Assembly (NCBI GenBank): GCA_965243025.1 | Contig: CBDETY010000003.1 | Location: 5,638,198-5,702,197 of the forward strand | Length of the DNA stretch: 64,000 bases | Reading direction: 5' to 3' | DNA from: Candidatus Latescibacterota bacterium | GTDB lineage: Bacteria > Latescibacterota > UBA2968 > UBA8231 | Shown: one piece after another, positions 1 to 7,865 of the stretch | How positions within the stretch are numbered: position 1 is the stretch's first letter | Layout: every line of letters starts with the position of its first letter | The notes under the pieces: generated by a model | The model's database searches: none | Told to the model about the DNA's origin: nothing | Seen by the model: only the letters and a program-made list of their open reading frames with translations | Made by a program: the position numbers and the translations under genes

Positions 1-1
1 G

Positions 2-877
2 ATCGGCACCCTCCTCGCCTTCATCCTGCAGCCGGGGGAGGAGATGCCCGAGGGACCGTCCGGGAGCCCACCGGAAGCCGCGTCCTCAGCCCCGGGGCCG
101 TCCGGGCAAGCGCCGGCGGCTCCGGAAACAGCGCCCGCGGCCGCCCCTGTTCCGGCTCGGGCACCGGTTTCCCCGCGCCGCGGACGCCGCGGGCCGGCGA
201 TCTCTCCCCGGGCCCGGCGCGTCGCCGTCGAGCTCGGCATCGACTGGAAGCGCCTGAGCGGCAGCGGCAGGACCGGCCGCATCGTCGAGCGCGACGTGCG
301 CGCCGCCGCCGAAACCGCATCCGCGGCACCCGCCCCTGCGGCGGCCTCCCAGGCCGTCGAGGTGGACGTGACCGCCTTCGCCGGCCACTGCGACCGGCTG
401 GCGGTGCTGATGAAGCGGGCCCCTGTTGTTCCCGGCATGCTCGATCTCGTCCTGCGGTCTGTCGGCAGGGCACTTAAGGAAGCCCCGTCGCTGGCCGGAG
501 CGGACGCCGGCGTCCGCGTTCAGCGCGACCACTCCGCGGCGGTTCTGGAGCGGTTCCAGTCACTCTCCGTCCTCGACATCGGCAGGGCCCTGGCGGGGGA
601 AGAAACCGCTGTGGCCGGGGATGTCCCTGCTGCGACCCCCTTCAGCGTGGTTGCCCTCGAAGACGTCGATGTGCTGGCCCCCGGGCTCACCCCCGGAGCC
701 GTTGCCGTTCTGGGGCTGGGATCGGTGCGGGAGAGGGAGGGGGCCGGCGGGGAGAGGAAGTCGCTGAACCTGCGGTTGACTTACGACCTCTCGGCGGTGA
801 CCGACGCGGAGGCGCAGCAGTTCCTGGGGGCGTTGCGCTCATACCTCGAAGACCCCTTCACCTGGCTTTCCTGGTGA
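2..877 (+). CDS. 2-oxoacid dehydrogenase E2 (dihydrolipoamide acyltransferase)-like protein; 5' end outside window; catalytic motif degenerate
   Basis: The frame is open from nt 2 (IGTLLAFILQPGEE looks like the end of a lipoyl domain). A Pro/Ala linker follows, then the peripheral-subunit-binding motif SPRARRVAVELGIDWKRLSGSGRTGRIVERDV. The C-terminal acyltransferase-like domain ends NLRLTYDLSAVTDAEAQQFLGALRSYLEDP. Confidence 0.75.
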   Translation: MGTLLAFILQPGEEMPEGPSGSPPEAASSAPGPSGQAPAAPETAPAAAPVPARAPVSPRRGRRGPAISPRARRVAVELGIDWKRLSGSGRTGRIVERDVRAAAETASAAPAPAAASQAVEVDVTAFAGHCDRLAVLMKRAPVVPGMLDLVLRSVGRALKEAPSLAGADAGVRVQRDHSAAVLERFQSLSVLDIGRALAGEETAVAGDVPAATPFSVVALEDVDVLAPGLTPGAVAVLGLGSVREREGAGGERKSLNLRLTYDLSAVTDAEAQQFLGALRSYLEDPFTWLSW

Positions 878-1207
878 CAGGTGCCTGCGGGCGAAAGCTG
901 GCGTTCGGACGGGGGCGCCGTTGGGGCGGGCCCGCGAGCCCCCCGAACGAAGTCTGCCGCTGGTGTTCCCGCCGAGCGAAGGCAACGCCGCGAGCCGGGC
1001 TCGAGGAGAATCGCACAGATGAAGGGGTTGGATTGAACCGCGGTTTCCTCAAGATGAGGCGGCGGCCTGATTCACGCGGGTTTGCGCCCGCAGGCATTTA
1101 TTCAGACGCCGATCCGGTATTGAAATGACGCGATCGGTCCCGGCACGGGATGGCGCGGAAGCAGCGGCGCCCGGCGCCGCGGCGTGTTGTCCAGACGGGA
1201 GAACGGA

Positions 1208-1948
1208 ATGAGGCTGGAAGGCAAGATCGTCGTTACGACCGGGGGAGCCACCGGCATCGGCGGCGCCACCGCTGAGCTGTGCGCGGCCGAGGGGGCCGTG
1301 TCGATCATCCTCGACTACAACCGGGAGGAGGGCCCCTCAACCCTCGGGCGCATCGAGAGAGCCGGGGGCAGGGGGGAGTTCCACGAAGTCGACGTGCGCC
1401 GCGAGGAGCAGGTCGCCGCGGTGTTCGCGAAGATCGCCGCCGCCCACGGCCGGGTCGACGTGCTGATCTGCAGCGCCGGCGTGCTAACCGGCGCCCACCA
1501 GGAAATCACCGAGCTTGCCGAGGAGGACTGGGACACCACCATCGACACCAATCTCAAGGGGACGTACCTGACCGGAAAGCACGCGGCGCCCCTGCTGAAA
1601 GCCTCCCCGTCCTCGGTGCTGCTGCTGATCTCCTCGGGAGCCGGGGTGAGCGGCGGCAGCTCGTCCTACGCGTACGCGGCGAGCAAAGGGGGGATGCACG
1701 GGATGCAGTACAACTTCGCCAGGGAGCTTCCCGGCACCCGGGTCCACGTCGTCTGCCCCGGAAGCATCGCCACCCCGTTGAAGCTGAAGAACATCGGACA
1801 GGCGGCCGAAAAGCGGGGGGAGGATCCCGGAGCCGCCATGGAAGCGGCGAAGAAGACCCTGGGAGACCCGGTGGGGATCGCCCGCGTCCTCGCTTTCCTC
1901 GCCTCGGAGGACGCCGACTACATCAGGGGCGACATCAGGACGCGGTAG
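1208..1948 (+). CDS. SDR-family short-chain dehydrogenase/reductase
   Basis: Rossmann motif TTGGATGIGGATA and catalytic YAYAASKGG (YxxxK). ATG 1208 is preceded by GGGAGA. The ORF could extend to GTG 1184. Confidence 0.9.
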   Translation: MRLEGKIVVTTGGATGIGGATAELCAAEGAVSIILDYNREEGPSTLGRIERAGGRGEFHEVDVRREEQVAAVFAKIAAAHGRVDVLICSAGVLTGAHQEITELAEEDWDTTIDTNLKGTYLTGKHAAPLLKASPSSVLLLISSGAGVSGGSSSYAYAASKGGMHGMQYNFARELPGTRVHVVCPGSIATPLKLKNIGQAAEKRGEDPGAAMEAAKKTLGDPVGIARVLAFLASEDADYIRGDIRTR

Positions 1949-2288
1949 TCCCGGGTGCCTGTGCGTGCGGCGGCCGATGCGTCCGGGGCCGCAAAGGGGT
2001 GAGCGAACCGCCCGGATTGAGGGGTGAGCCGGATCGGCTGCCCGTTCGGTTTTGGCCGATATCCGCTACGAAGGCAAGGCGGCGATGGACCGGGCCCGCA
2101 GGGGCGGCTGAGGGAATCGTTCGCAGTGATGGGGCACGGGGAGTAAAGCCAGGGCGGCGAGCCCCCAGGGCCGTCCGGAACCTGTTTTCTCCGGATTGCG
2201 GAGGCAGGTACAATCACCCCGTTGAAAAAAGTCCATCCGGGCTGCGGCCGGCCCCTCCGGCCGAATTCCACGCGGGACCGCGCAGGTA

Positions 2289-3251
2289 CTACGGCATGAT
2301 CTCCTTGCTGAGGACGGCGCGCGTCGTCACCGGGAACTCCCCGGGCTCGCAGCACTGGCAGATCTGCACGTCGGCGGCGGCGCTCATCAGCATGTAGGCA
2401 TCCTCAAAGCCCAGGCCCATCCGCTCCTGCATGAGCAGGACCATCTCTTCGGCCGCCATTCTCGCCGCGGCCCCCAGATCCTCGTGGTCGCCTGTCGTTA
2501 TCCAGGCGTCCTCGGTCTCGATCAGCGGCCGCCGCAGCGGCACCCCCTTGCGCAGCTCCACCCCGACCGTCACCTCGGCGCAGATCTCCAGCCCGATGAA
2601 GGTGATCTCGCCGTCCCCCATGGCGCCGTGGACGTCCCCGAGCGCAAGCCCGGCTCCAGGGACCGAGACCGGCAGGTGAATGCGGCTGCCGGCCGCGGCG
2701 TACTTGTTGTCCATGTTGCCGCCGTGTGGTCCGGCGAAGGCGGTGGGTACGCCGTTCCCGGCGGGAGCCGTGCCGATGACGCCGACCATCGGGTGAGCGG
2801 GAAAGCGGACGCCGCCGAAACGGACGACTCCGTCCTTCACCTCGACGATGCGCGTGGCGTACTCCTCCGCGAGATGGGCGAGCAGTCCCTCCCCCTTCTT
2901 CACCGCGAGGAAGCCGCGGTCGGCCAGGTCGATGGACTCGAGGTGAATGCAGAGGCTGTCCCCGGGCTCGGCGCCGCGCACCGCCACCGGTCCGGTCGCC
3001 GGGTTCGAGCCGTCCGGATGGGGGCGGTCGAGCAGGTCGGCGTCGCTGCGGATCGTTCCGGTGCGGGCGTCGAAGGTCTCGAACAGGACGGTGTCGCCGC
3101 TGTCGATGGCGGCGACCGGGGCCAGCGCCTTGTCGAGGCGGTACTGGATGTGGTCTCGGGTGATGCGGTGTATCACGCCGCTGGGCTCATTCGGGGAAGA
3201 TGCGGCTGGGGATTTTCGAGGGGACCGGGCAGGTGCCGGTTTCGCCTCCAA
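2289..3251 (-). CDS. acetamidase/formamidase (FmdA/AmdA) family protein
   Basis: 320-aa ORF with family-typical stretches GPVAVRGAEPGDSL, GPHGGNMDNK and GDVHGAMGDGEI. The start is uncertain: TTG 3251 or GTG about 3176. Confidence 0.8.
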   Translation of the reverse strand: MEAKPAPARSPRKSPAASSPNEPSGVIHRITRDHIQYRLDKALAPVAAIDSGDTVLFETFDARTGTIRSDADLLDRPHPDGSNPATGPVAVRGAEPGDSLCIHLESIDLADRGFLAVKKGEGLLAHLAEEYATRIVEVKDGVVRFGGVRFPAHPMVGVIGTAPAGNGVPTAFAGPHGGNMDNKYAAAGSRIHLPVSVPGAGLALGDVHGAMGDGEITFIGLEICAEVTVGVELRKGVPLRRPLIETEDAWITTGDHEDLGAAARMAAEEMVLLMQERMGLGFEDAYMLMSAAADVQICQCCEPGEFPVTTRAVLSKEIMP

Positions 3252-3316
3252 CCAGGCGTTGTGAGGGGCAGGTCAGACGGCCGGAATCCGGTCGATCCGG
3301 CGGATTGCAGGCCCCT

Positions 3317-3649
3317 TCAGATCTCCGCGGCTTCTTCGCCGCCGGTCCCTTCCTCGTCGGCCCTGAGCCGCTCGAACTCATCCTCCCTTTCCGACAGCTC
3401 CGCTTCACAGGCCCGGATCCGGTCGCAGAGCTCCTGCACCGCCGAGTCGTCGAGGCCGGGGATCCGGCCGGATTGCACGCCGCTGTACACCTCGTTCCCC
3501 AGTTCCGCCTTGAGCCGGGAAAGGCGGGTCTTGGCGGCGGCGATGTCGAGCCGGGCGCGGCCGAGCAGGGTCAGCTCCTCGGCCTTGTTGACGGCAAGCT
3601 CGGCTCCGTCGTGGAGCCCTCTCTTGATGGTGTCCCACATTTTTTCCAC
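3317..3649 (-). CDS. hypothetical coiled-coil protein
   Basis: 110-aa ORF with non-Arg/Pro-biased, heptad-like composition (AELAVNKAEELTLLGRARLDIAAAKTRLSRLKAELGNE). No family recognised. Confidence 0.55.
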   Translation of the reverse strand: MEKMWDTIKRGLHDGAELAVNKAEELTLLGRARLDIAAAKTRLSRLKAELGNEVYSGVQSGRIPGLDDSAVQELCDRIRACEAELSEREDEFERLRADEEGTGGEEAAEI

Positions 3650-3843
3650 GTCAGCTCTCCGTGTTCAGTGGCGCCTTTCCGTGCCGCGGCGCCCTCAGCC
3701 GATGGTTCCGGCAAAGAAAAACCGCCGAAACACCTTCGATGTCGGCTTGCGGCATCGAATCGGCGCCGGCGGCGTTGAGGGCGGAGTCTCGCGAGCCGGC
3801 CTCCGGAAAGCGGCAGGGTCCCGCTTCCGGTTCCGGCGATTGA

Positions 3844-4131
3844 CTACCGGGTGTCGTTGATCGAGTACGGCAGCAGGCCGAGGTAGCGGGCCCTCTTGAT
3901 GGCCTGGACGATACGCGCCTGCTGCTTGCGGTTCGCACCGGTTCTCCGCGCAGCTTCGATCTTGCCGTTGGGGCTCAGGAATCTGGAAAGGACGTCGAGC
4001 TTCTTGTAGTCTATGTCCTCCAGCTTGAGCTTGGCGGTGAACTCCTTGCGGCTGGACTTTGCGATTTTTCGAATCCCCTTTGAGAGAAGAGTTGAGCCGC
4101 TAAAACTACCGGGCGAGGGTGCCAGAGTCAA
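3844..4131 (-). CDS. rpsR: 30S ribosomal protein S18
   Basis: IDYKKLDVLSRFLSPNGKIEAARRTGANRKQQARIVQAIKRARYLGLLPY matches the conserved S18 core. TTG start at 4131; the true start may be further in. Confidence 0.85.
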   Translation of the reverse strand: MTLAPSPGSFSGSTLLSKGIRKIAKSSRKEFTAKLKLEDIDYKKLDVLSRFLSPNGKIEAARRTGANRKQQARIVQAIKRARYLGLLPYSINDTR

Positions 4132-4148
4132 TTTCCCGGTCGGGCTCC

Positions 4149-4577
4149 GTGAACGACATCCGCATACATTCCGGCCTCGCGATTCCCGAACGGGAGCTGC
4201 GGTTCGTCTTCACCGCCAGTCCCGGTCCCGGGGGGCAGAACGTCAACCGCGTCAACACCCGCGCAGAGCTCCGCTTCGACGTGCGCAGGAGCCCGTCCCT
4301 CGAGGAGGTGCAGAGAAGCCGCCTTCTGCGCGCCCTCGGCTCCAGGGTTTCCAGGGACGGCATTCTGGCGATCCGGTCATCCCGCTTCCGGTCCCAGGGG
4401 CGCAACCGGGCAGACTGCATCGACCGGTTCGTCCGCGAGATCGCCGAGGCTCTGCGCCCGCCCCCGAAACCGCGCAAGCGCACCCGTCCCAGCCCGGCCT
4501 CCCAGGCCCGCCGAATCCAGCAGAAGCGGAACCAGTCGCTGAAGAAGGCCCTGCGCCGGCGCCCTCCGACAGCGTAA
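4149..4577 (+). CDS. arfB: alternative ribosome-rescue factor ArfB (YaeJ, peptidyl-tRNA hydrolase)
   Basis: GGQ motif in SPGPGGQNVNRVNTRAELRF and a basic C-terminal tail (KPRKRTRPSPASQARRIQQKRNQSLKK). GTG 4149 gives an N-terminus of YaeJ-like length. The ORF is open from GTG 4119. Confidence 0.85.
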   Translation: MNDIRIHSGLAIPERELRFVFTASPGPGGQNVNRVNTRAELRFDVRRSPSLEEVQRSRLLRALGSRVSRDGILAIRSSRFRSQGRNRADCIDRFVREIAEALRPPPKPRKRTRPSPASQARRIQQKRNQSLKKALRRRPPTA

Positions 4578-4628
4578 GGCCGCCGCCCGGCCGGGGCGCA
4601 GGAGGCCGCCGCCCGGCCGGGGCGCAGG
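4577..4628. repeat. perfect 26-bp tandem duplication (aggccgccgcccggccggggcgcagg x2)
   Basis: Two identical adjacent copies start at the last base of the arfB stop codon. Each contains the 10-bp palindrome cccggccggg. Confidence 0.9.
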
Positions 4629-4931
4629 AGGGCACCGGTCCGTTGGCGCGAGCTTCGGTTCGCCTCCGTGGACTGCCCCGCCGATGACTCCCCCCGCCGC
4701 GGGGGCCGCTACCGTCTTCCCGACTCACCGGCGCAAGTGCGCCGCGATTCCTCCTTCTTCGACCTCTTGCCCATCCCCGATTCCGAAATGACTTGCCAAG
4801 GTTGCCCGTCATTGCGAAATTTAACGTTAACGTAAAGGTCATGGATTGAGATCGGCGTCCCGGGAACCAGGTGTCCGGTGGCGCCGTCAAATGAAGACTG
4901 TAACCGCCCTGGCGGCAGTCAGGAGAGTGTC

Positions 4932-5780
4932 ATGCCTGGAACGAAAGAGCGGGACAAGGTCGAGAACCTCACCGAGATCTACTGGCGCGATATCAGGGAC
5001 ACCCAGCCCCTGAGCCGGCGGGACGAGGTCGACCTGTTCACCCGCATAAAGCAGGGAGACGAGGAGGCGAGGGAAAAGGTCATTACCGCCAATCTCCGGT
5101 TCGTCGTCAGCGTCGCCCGGGAGTACAAGGATTACGGGCTCTCGCTGCTCGAGCTGGTCTCCGAAGGCAACGTCGGACTGCTCGAGGCGGTCAAGAGGTT
5201 CGACGAGACGCGGGGGTTCAAGTTCATCACCTACGCCGTCTGGTGGATCCGCCAGGCGATCCTCAAGGCTCTCGCCGAGAACGGAAGGATCGCCCGCCCG
5301 CCGATGAGCCAGGTGAACGACCTGCAGAAGCTCGAGAAAGAGGCGGGAGTTCTGGCCCAGCGCCTCGGCCGCGAGCCGACCGACATCGAGCTGTGCGAGC
5401 ACGTCGACATCAGCTGGGAGCGGACGCGAAACGCCATACGGATTTCGCAGCAGGACCTGTCCTTCGACGCTCCGGTCTTCCCCGACGAGGACACGACCCT
5501 GCATGCCGTGATCGGGTCGGAGGACGAGGGGGTCGACGAGGCCCTGGACGAGCGCGAGTCGAAACGCAGGATCGCCGACTGCCTCGAGGTCCTCGACGAG
5601 CGCGAGTACCGGATCGTCCGCGACTACTACGGGTTCGGCAACCTGCCGCCGATGACCCTCGAGCAGATCGGCGGAAGCCTGGGGGTCACACGCGAACGGG
5701 TCCGGCAGCTGCGCAACCGCGCCCTGGAAAAGCTGCGCGAAAGCTGCGGGGAAACCCTCGTCCAGCTTTCGGAAAACTAG
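4932..5780 (+). CDS. RNA polymerase sigma factor, sigma-70 family (short RpoD/RpoS-like)
   Basis: Region 2: ITANLRFVVSVAREY and GNVGLLEAVKRFDETRGFKFITYAVWWIRQAI. Region 4: LEQIGGSLGVTRERVRQLRNRALEKLR. AGGAGAG lies 4 nt upstream of ATG 4932. Confidence 0.9.
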   Translation: MPGTKERDKVENLTEIYWRDIRDTQPLSRRDEVDLFTRIKQGDEEAREKVITANLRFVVSVAREYKDYGLSLLELVSEGNVGLLEAVKRFDETRGFKFITYAVWWIRQAILKALAENGRIARPPMSQVNDLQKLEKEAGVLAQRLGREPTDIELCEHVDISWERTRNAIRISQQDLSFDAPVFPDEDTTLHAVIGSEDEGVDEALDERESKRRIADCLEVLDEREYRIVRDYYGFGNLPPMTLEQIGGSLGVTRERVRQLRNRALEKLRESCGETLVQLSEN

Positions 5781-7600
5781 GCACTGCCCGCGCTCGCGGG
5801 CAGCAGACCCGGCAGCAGCGCCTCGAGTTGCTCGACCGGCTCGCGCAAGGTCTCGATGGCGCCGCGCCAGAATTCGGGCGACTCCAGGTCGCAGCCGACG
5901 GTGGAGCGCGCCACTTCCTCGGCGGCGGCGCTCCCCGTCATCCGCAGGAACTCCTCGTAGCGCGGCAGGAACCCGGCTCCCTCCTCGCGGAAGCGGGCGA
6001 AAAGCCCCCGGCTCAACAGGAAGCCGTAGGTGTAGGGGAAGTTGTAGAAGGTCACCCCGGTGATGTAGAAGTGCAGCTTCGAGGCCCAGAACAGCGGGTC
6101 CTCGCCTCCCTCGATCAGCAGTCCCTCGAACAGCTCGCGCTGGGTCGAGGCCATCAGCTCCTTCAGGCGGCTGACCGCGACCTCCCCTTCCGAGCGCTCC
6201 TCGTGAAAGCGCTTTTCGAACTCGTAGCGCACCGGGATGTCCGTCAGGTAGACCGCCGCGTGAGCGGTCTCCATGTCGAGGATGCGCGCCTTCTCCCCGT
6301 CGCCGACGCCGGGGTCCGACAGCAGTCCCTCGGTCAGGATCATTTCCGCGAAGGTCGACGCCGACTCGGCGAGCGTCATCGGGTACTGGCGGGCAAGGGG
6401 GCGCACCTCCCTCATGACGTGGCTGTGGAAGGCGTGGCCGGCCTCGTGGGCCAGGGTGCGCACGTCGTTGGCGCTGTCGTTCCAGGTCATGTAGATCCGC
6501 GATTCCCGCGTCAGCAGCGAGCCGGTGCAGAAGGCTCCCGGCCTCTTGCCCGCCCGCGGCTCCCACTCGATCCAGGCTGAGTCGATCAGGCCGCGGGTGA
6601 AGCGGCCGAGCTCGGGGTAGGCCCCGGCGAAGGCCGAGGTGACCAGCTCTCCCCCCTCGGCCCAGGAGATTTCGGAGGACGTGCCGCTCTCCAGGGGCAG
6701 CGGCGCCTCGAGGTCGTACCAGGCGACCCCGTCCGCGCCCATGGCGTCCGCCTTCAGCCGCAGGACGCGCCGCGGCAGCTCGGCGGCGTCGAAGATCGCC
6801 TCGAACATCGCGTCGAGGCTCTTGCGGGAGGTGGCCGCCTGAAACAGGGCGACGTCGAGGAAGTGATCGATGCCGCGGTGGCGGTTGAGGGTCAGCCGCG
6901 TTCCCGCGATGGCGTTGAGGGCGGCTGCGGCCACGTCCTCGACTTCGGCCCAGGCCCGGTTTCCCCCTTCGAAAGCCGCCTGCCGCACCGCCCGGTCCGG
7001 GTGGCCGGTCAGGGCGCGCCGCCGCGACATCGGCAGGCGCTCGCCGCGGCCGTCCGGCCAGGTCATGTGGAATTCGAGCTTTCCCGACAGGGTGTCGTAG
7101 AGGCGGCCCCAGGCGTGGAGGCCGTCCACCGAGAGGTCGGCGGCGACCCGTTCTTCCCCGGGCGCCATGGTGCGCCGCCCCTGCTCGCGGACGCGGGTCA
7201 GGAAGTGGGCGCAACCGGCGAGCCCGGGCGCCTCGAGGAGGGCGGAAAACTCCGCTTCGCCGGCGGGCGCGAGGCCCCGCTGGAGCTCGACGTCCAGCTT
7301 TTCCGAGCGCGCCTCGATCAGGGCGAAGGCCGCTTCCTCCCTCTTGTACGCCTCGTTGGCGGCATCGGCGGCGGTCAGGCAGCCGAGGTAGGAGCCGAGG
7401 TGGGAGAGCCGCGCCAGCAGCTCTTCGGCGCGGGCGAAGACGGCCGCCCAGGAATCGGTGTTGTCCCGGTCGAGCGGGGCCAGTGCAGCCGCCTCCTGTT
7501 CGAGGGCGTCCAGGTCGCGCTCGAGCTCCTGCTTGAAGCGGCGCATCTCCGGTCCGTCGAAAGCGGGGAAGTAGCTGCCGAGATCCCAGTTCATCGGCAA
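5777..7600 (-). CDS. pepF: M3-family oligoendopeptidase F
   Basis: 607 aa with zinc motif HEAGHAFH. Length and architecture are typical of PepF/M3B. Confidence 0.85.
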   Translation of the reverse strand: MPMNWDLGSYFPAFDGPEMRRFKQELERDLDALEQEAAALAPLDRDNTDSWAAVFARAEELLARLSHLGSYLGCLTAADAANEAYKREEAAFALIEARSEKLDVELQRGLAPAGEAEFSALLEAPGLAGCAHFLTRVREQGRRTMAPGEERVAADLSVDGLHAWGRLYDTLSGKLEFHMTWPDGRGERLPMSRRRALTGHPDRAVRQAAFEGGNRAWAEVEDVAAAALNAIAGTRLTLNRHRGIDHFLDVALFQAATSRKSLDAMFEAIFDAAELPRRVLRLKADAMGADGVAWYDLEAPLPLESGTSSEISWAEGGELVTSAFAGAYPELGRFTRGLIDSAWIEWEPRAGKRPGAFCTGSLLTRESRIYMTWNDSANDVRTLAHEAGHAFHSHVMREVRPLARQYPMTLAESASTFAEMILTEGLLSDPGVGDGEKARILDMETAHAAVYLTDIPVRYEFEKRFHEERSEGEVAVSRLKELMASTQRELFEGLLIEGGEDPLFWASKLHFYITGVTFYNFPYTYGFLLSRGLFARFREEGAGFLPRYEEFLRMTGSAAAEEVARSTVGCDLESPEFWRGAIETLREPVEQLEALLPGLLPASAGSA

Positions 7601-7865
7601 TGCCTGCGGCTGCGCCGGCCGGCGGGGGCGGGCTTGTGGGAGTCAGGTCGGGCGAAGGCTGTCCGGTGCGGGTCCGGCCGGCGGCCGCGTCCAACGCCTG
7701 GAACAGGTTGATGGCAGCCGGCGTGGTGGCGCTTAAAGTGGCAATAGCCTGGCAAGGCATTCCCTTGCGGCACTGCAGCAGGGTTGACCGGAAAGGGGCG
7801 GCGAAGCTGGAAAAAGCTGCGTCCGACAGTGGGCAGGCGGGCGGAGAAAGCTGCAGCCTGGGGGG

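Noticed and set aside
2215-2250. GAAAAAAGTCCATCCGGGCT, reminiscent of the RNase P RNA GGAAAGTCCGGGC (P4) motif
   Set aside because: The match is imperfect. It lies only about 45 nt from the formamidase-family stop, so there is no room for a 350-nt RNase P RNA downstream. The complementary P4 strand is not evident.
4577-4628. Direct repeats considered as a CRISPR-like array
   Set aside because: There are only two abutting copies with no spacers, and no cas genes anywhere in the window.
4887-7760. 957-aa ORF on the minus strand spanning the sigma-factor and PepF region
   Set aside because: It has extreme Arg/Pro/Gly composition and no motifs. It is antisense to the clearly real sigma-70 gene and out of frame with PepF. 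It is a typical high-G+C phantom ORF.
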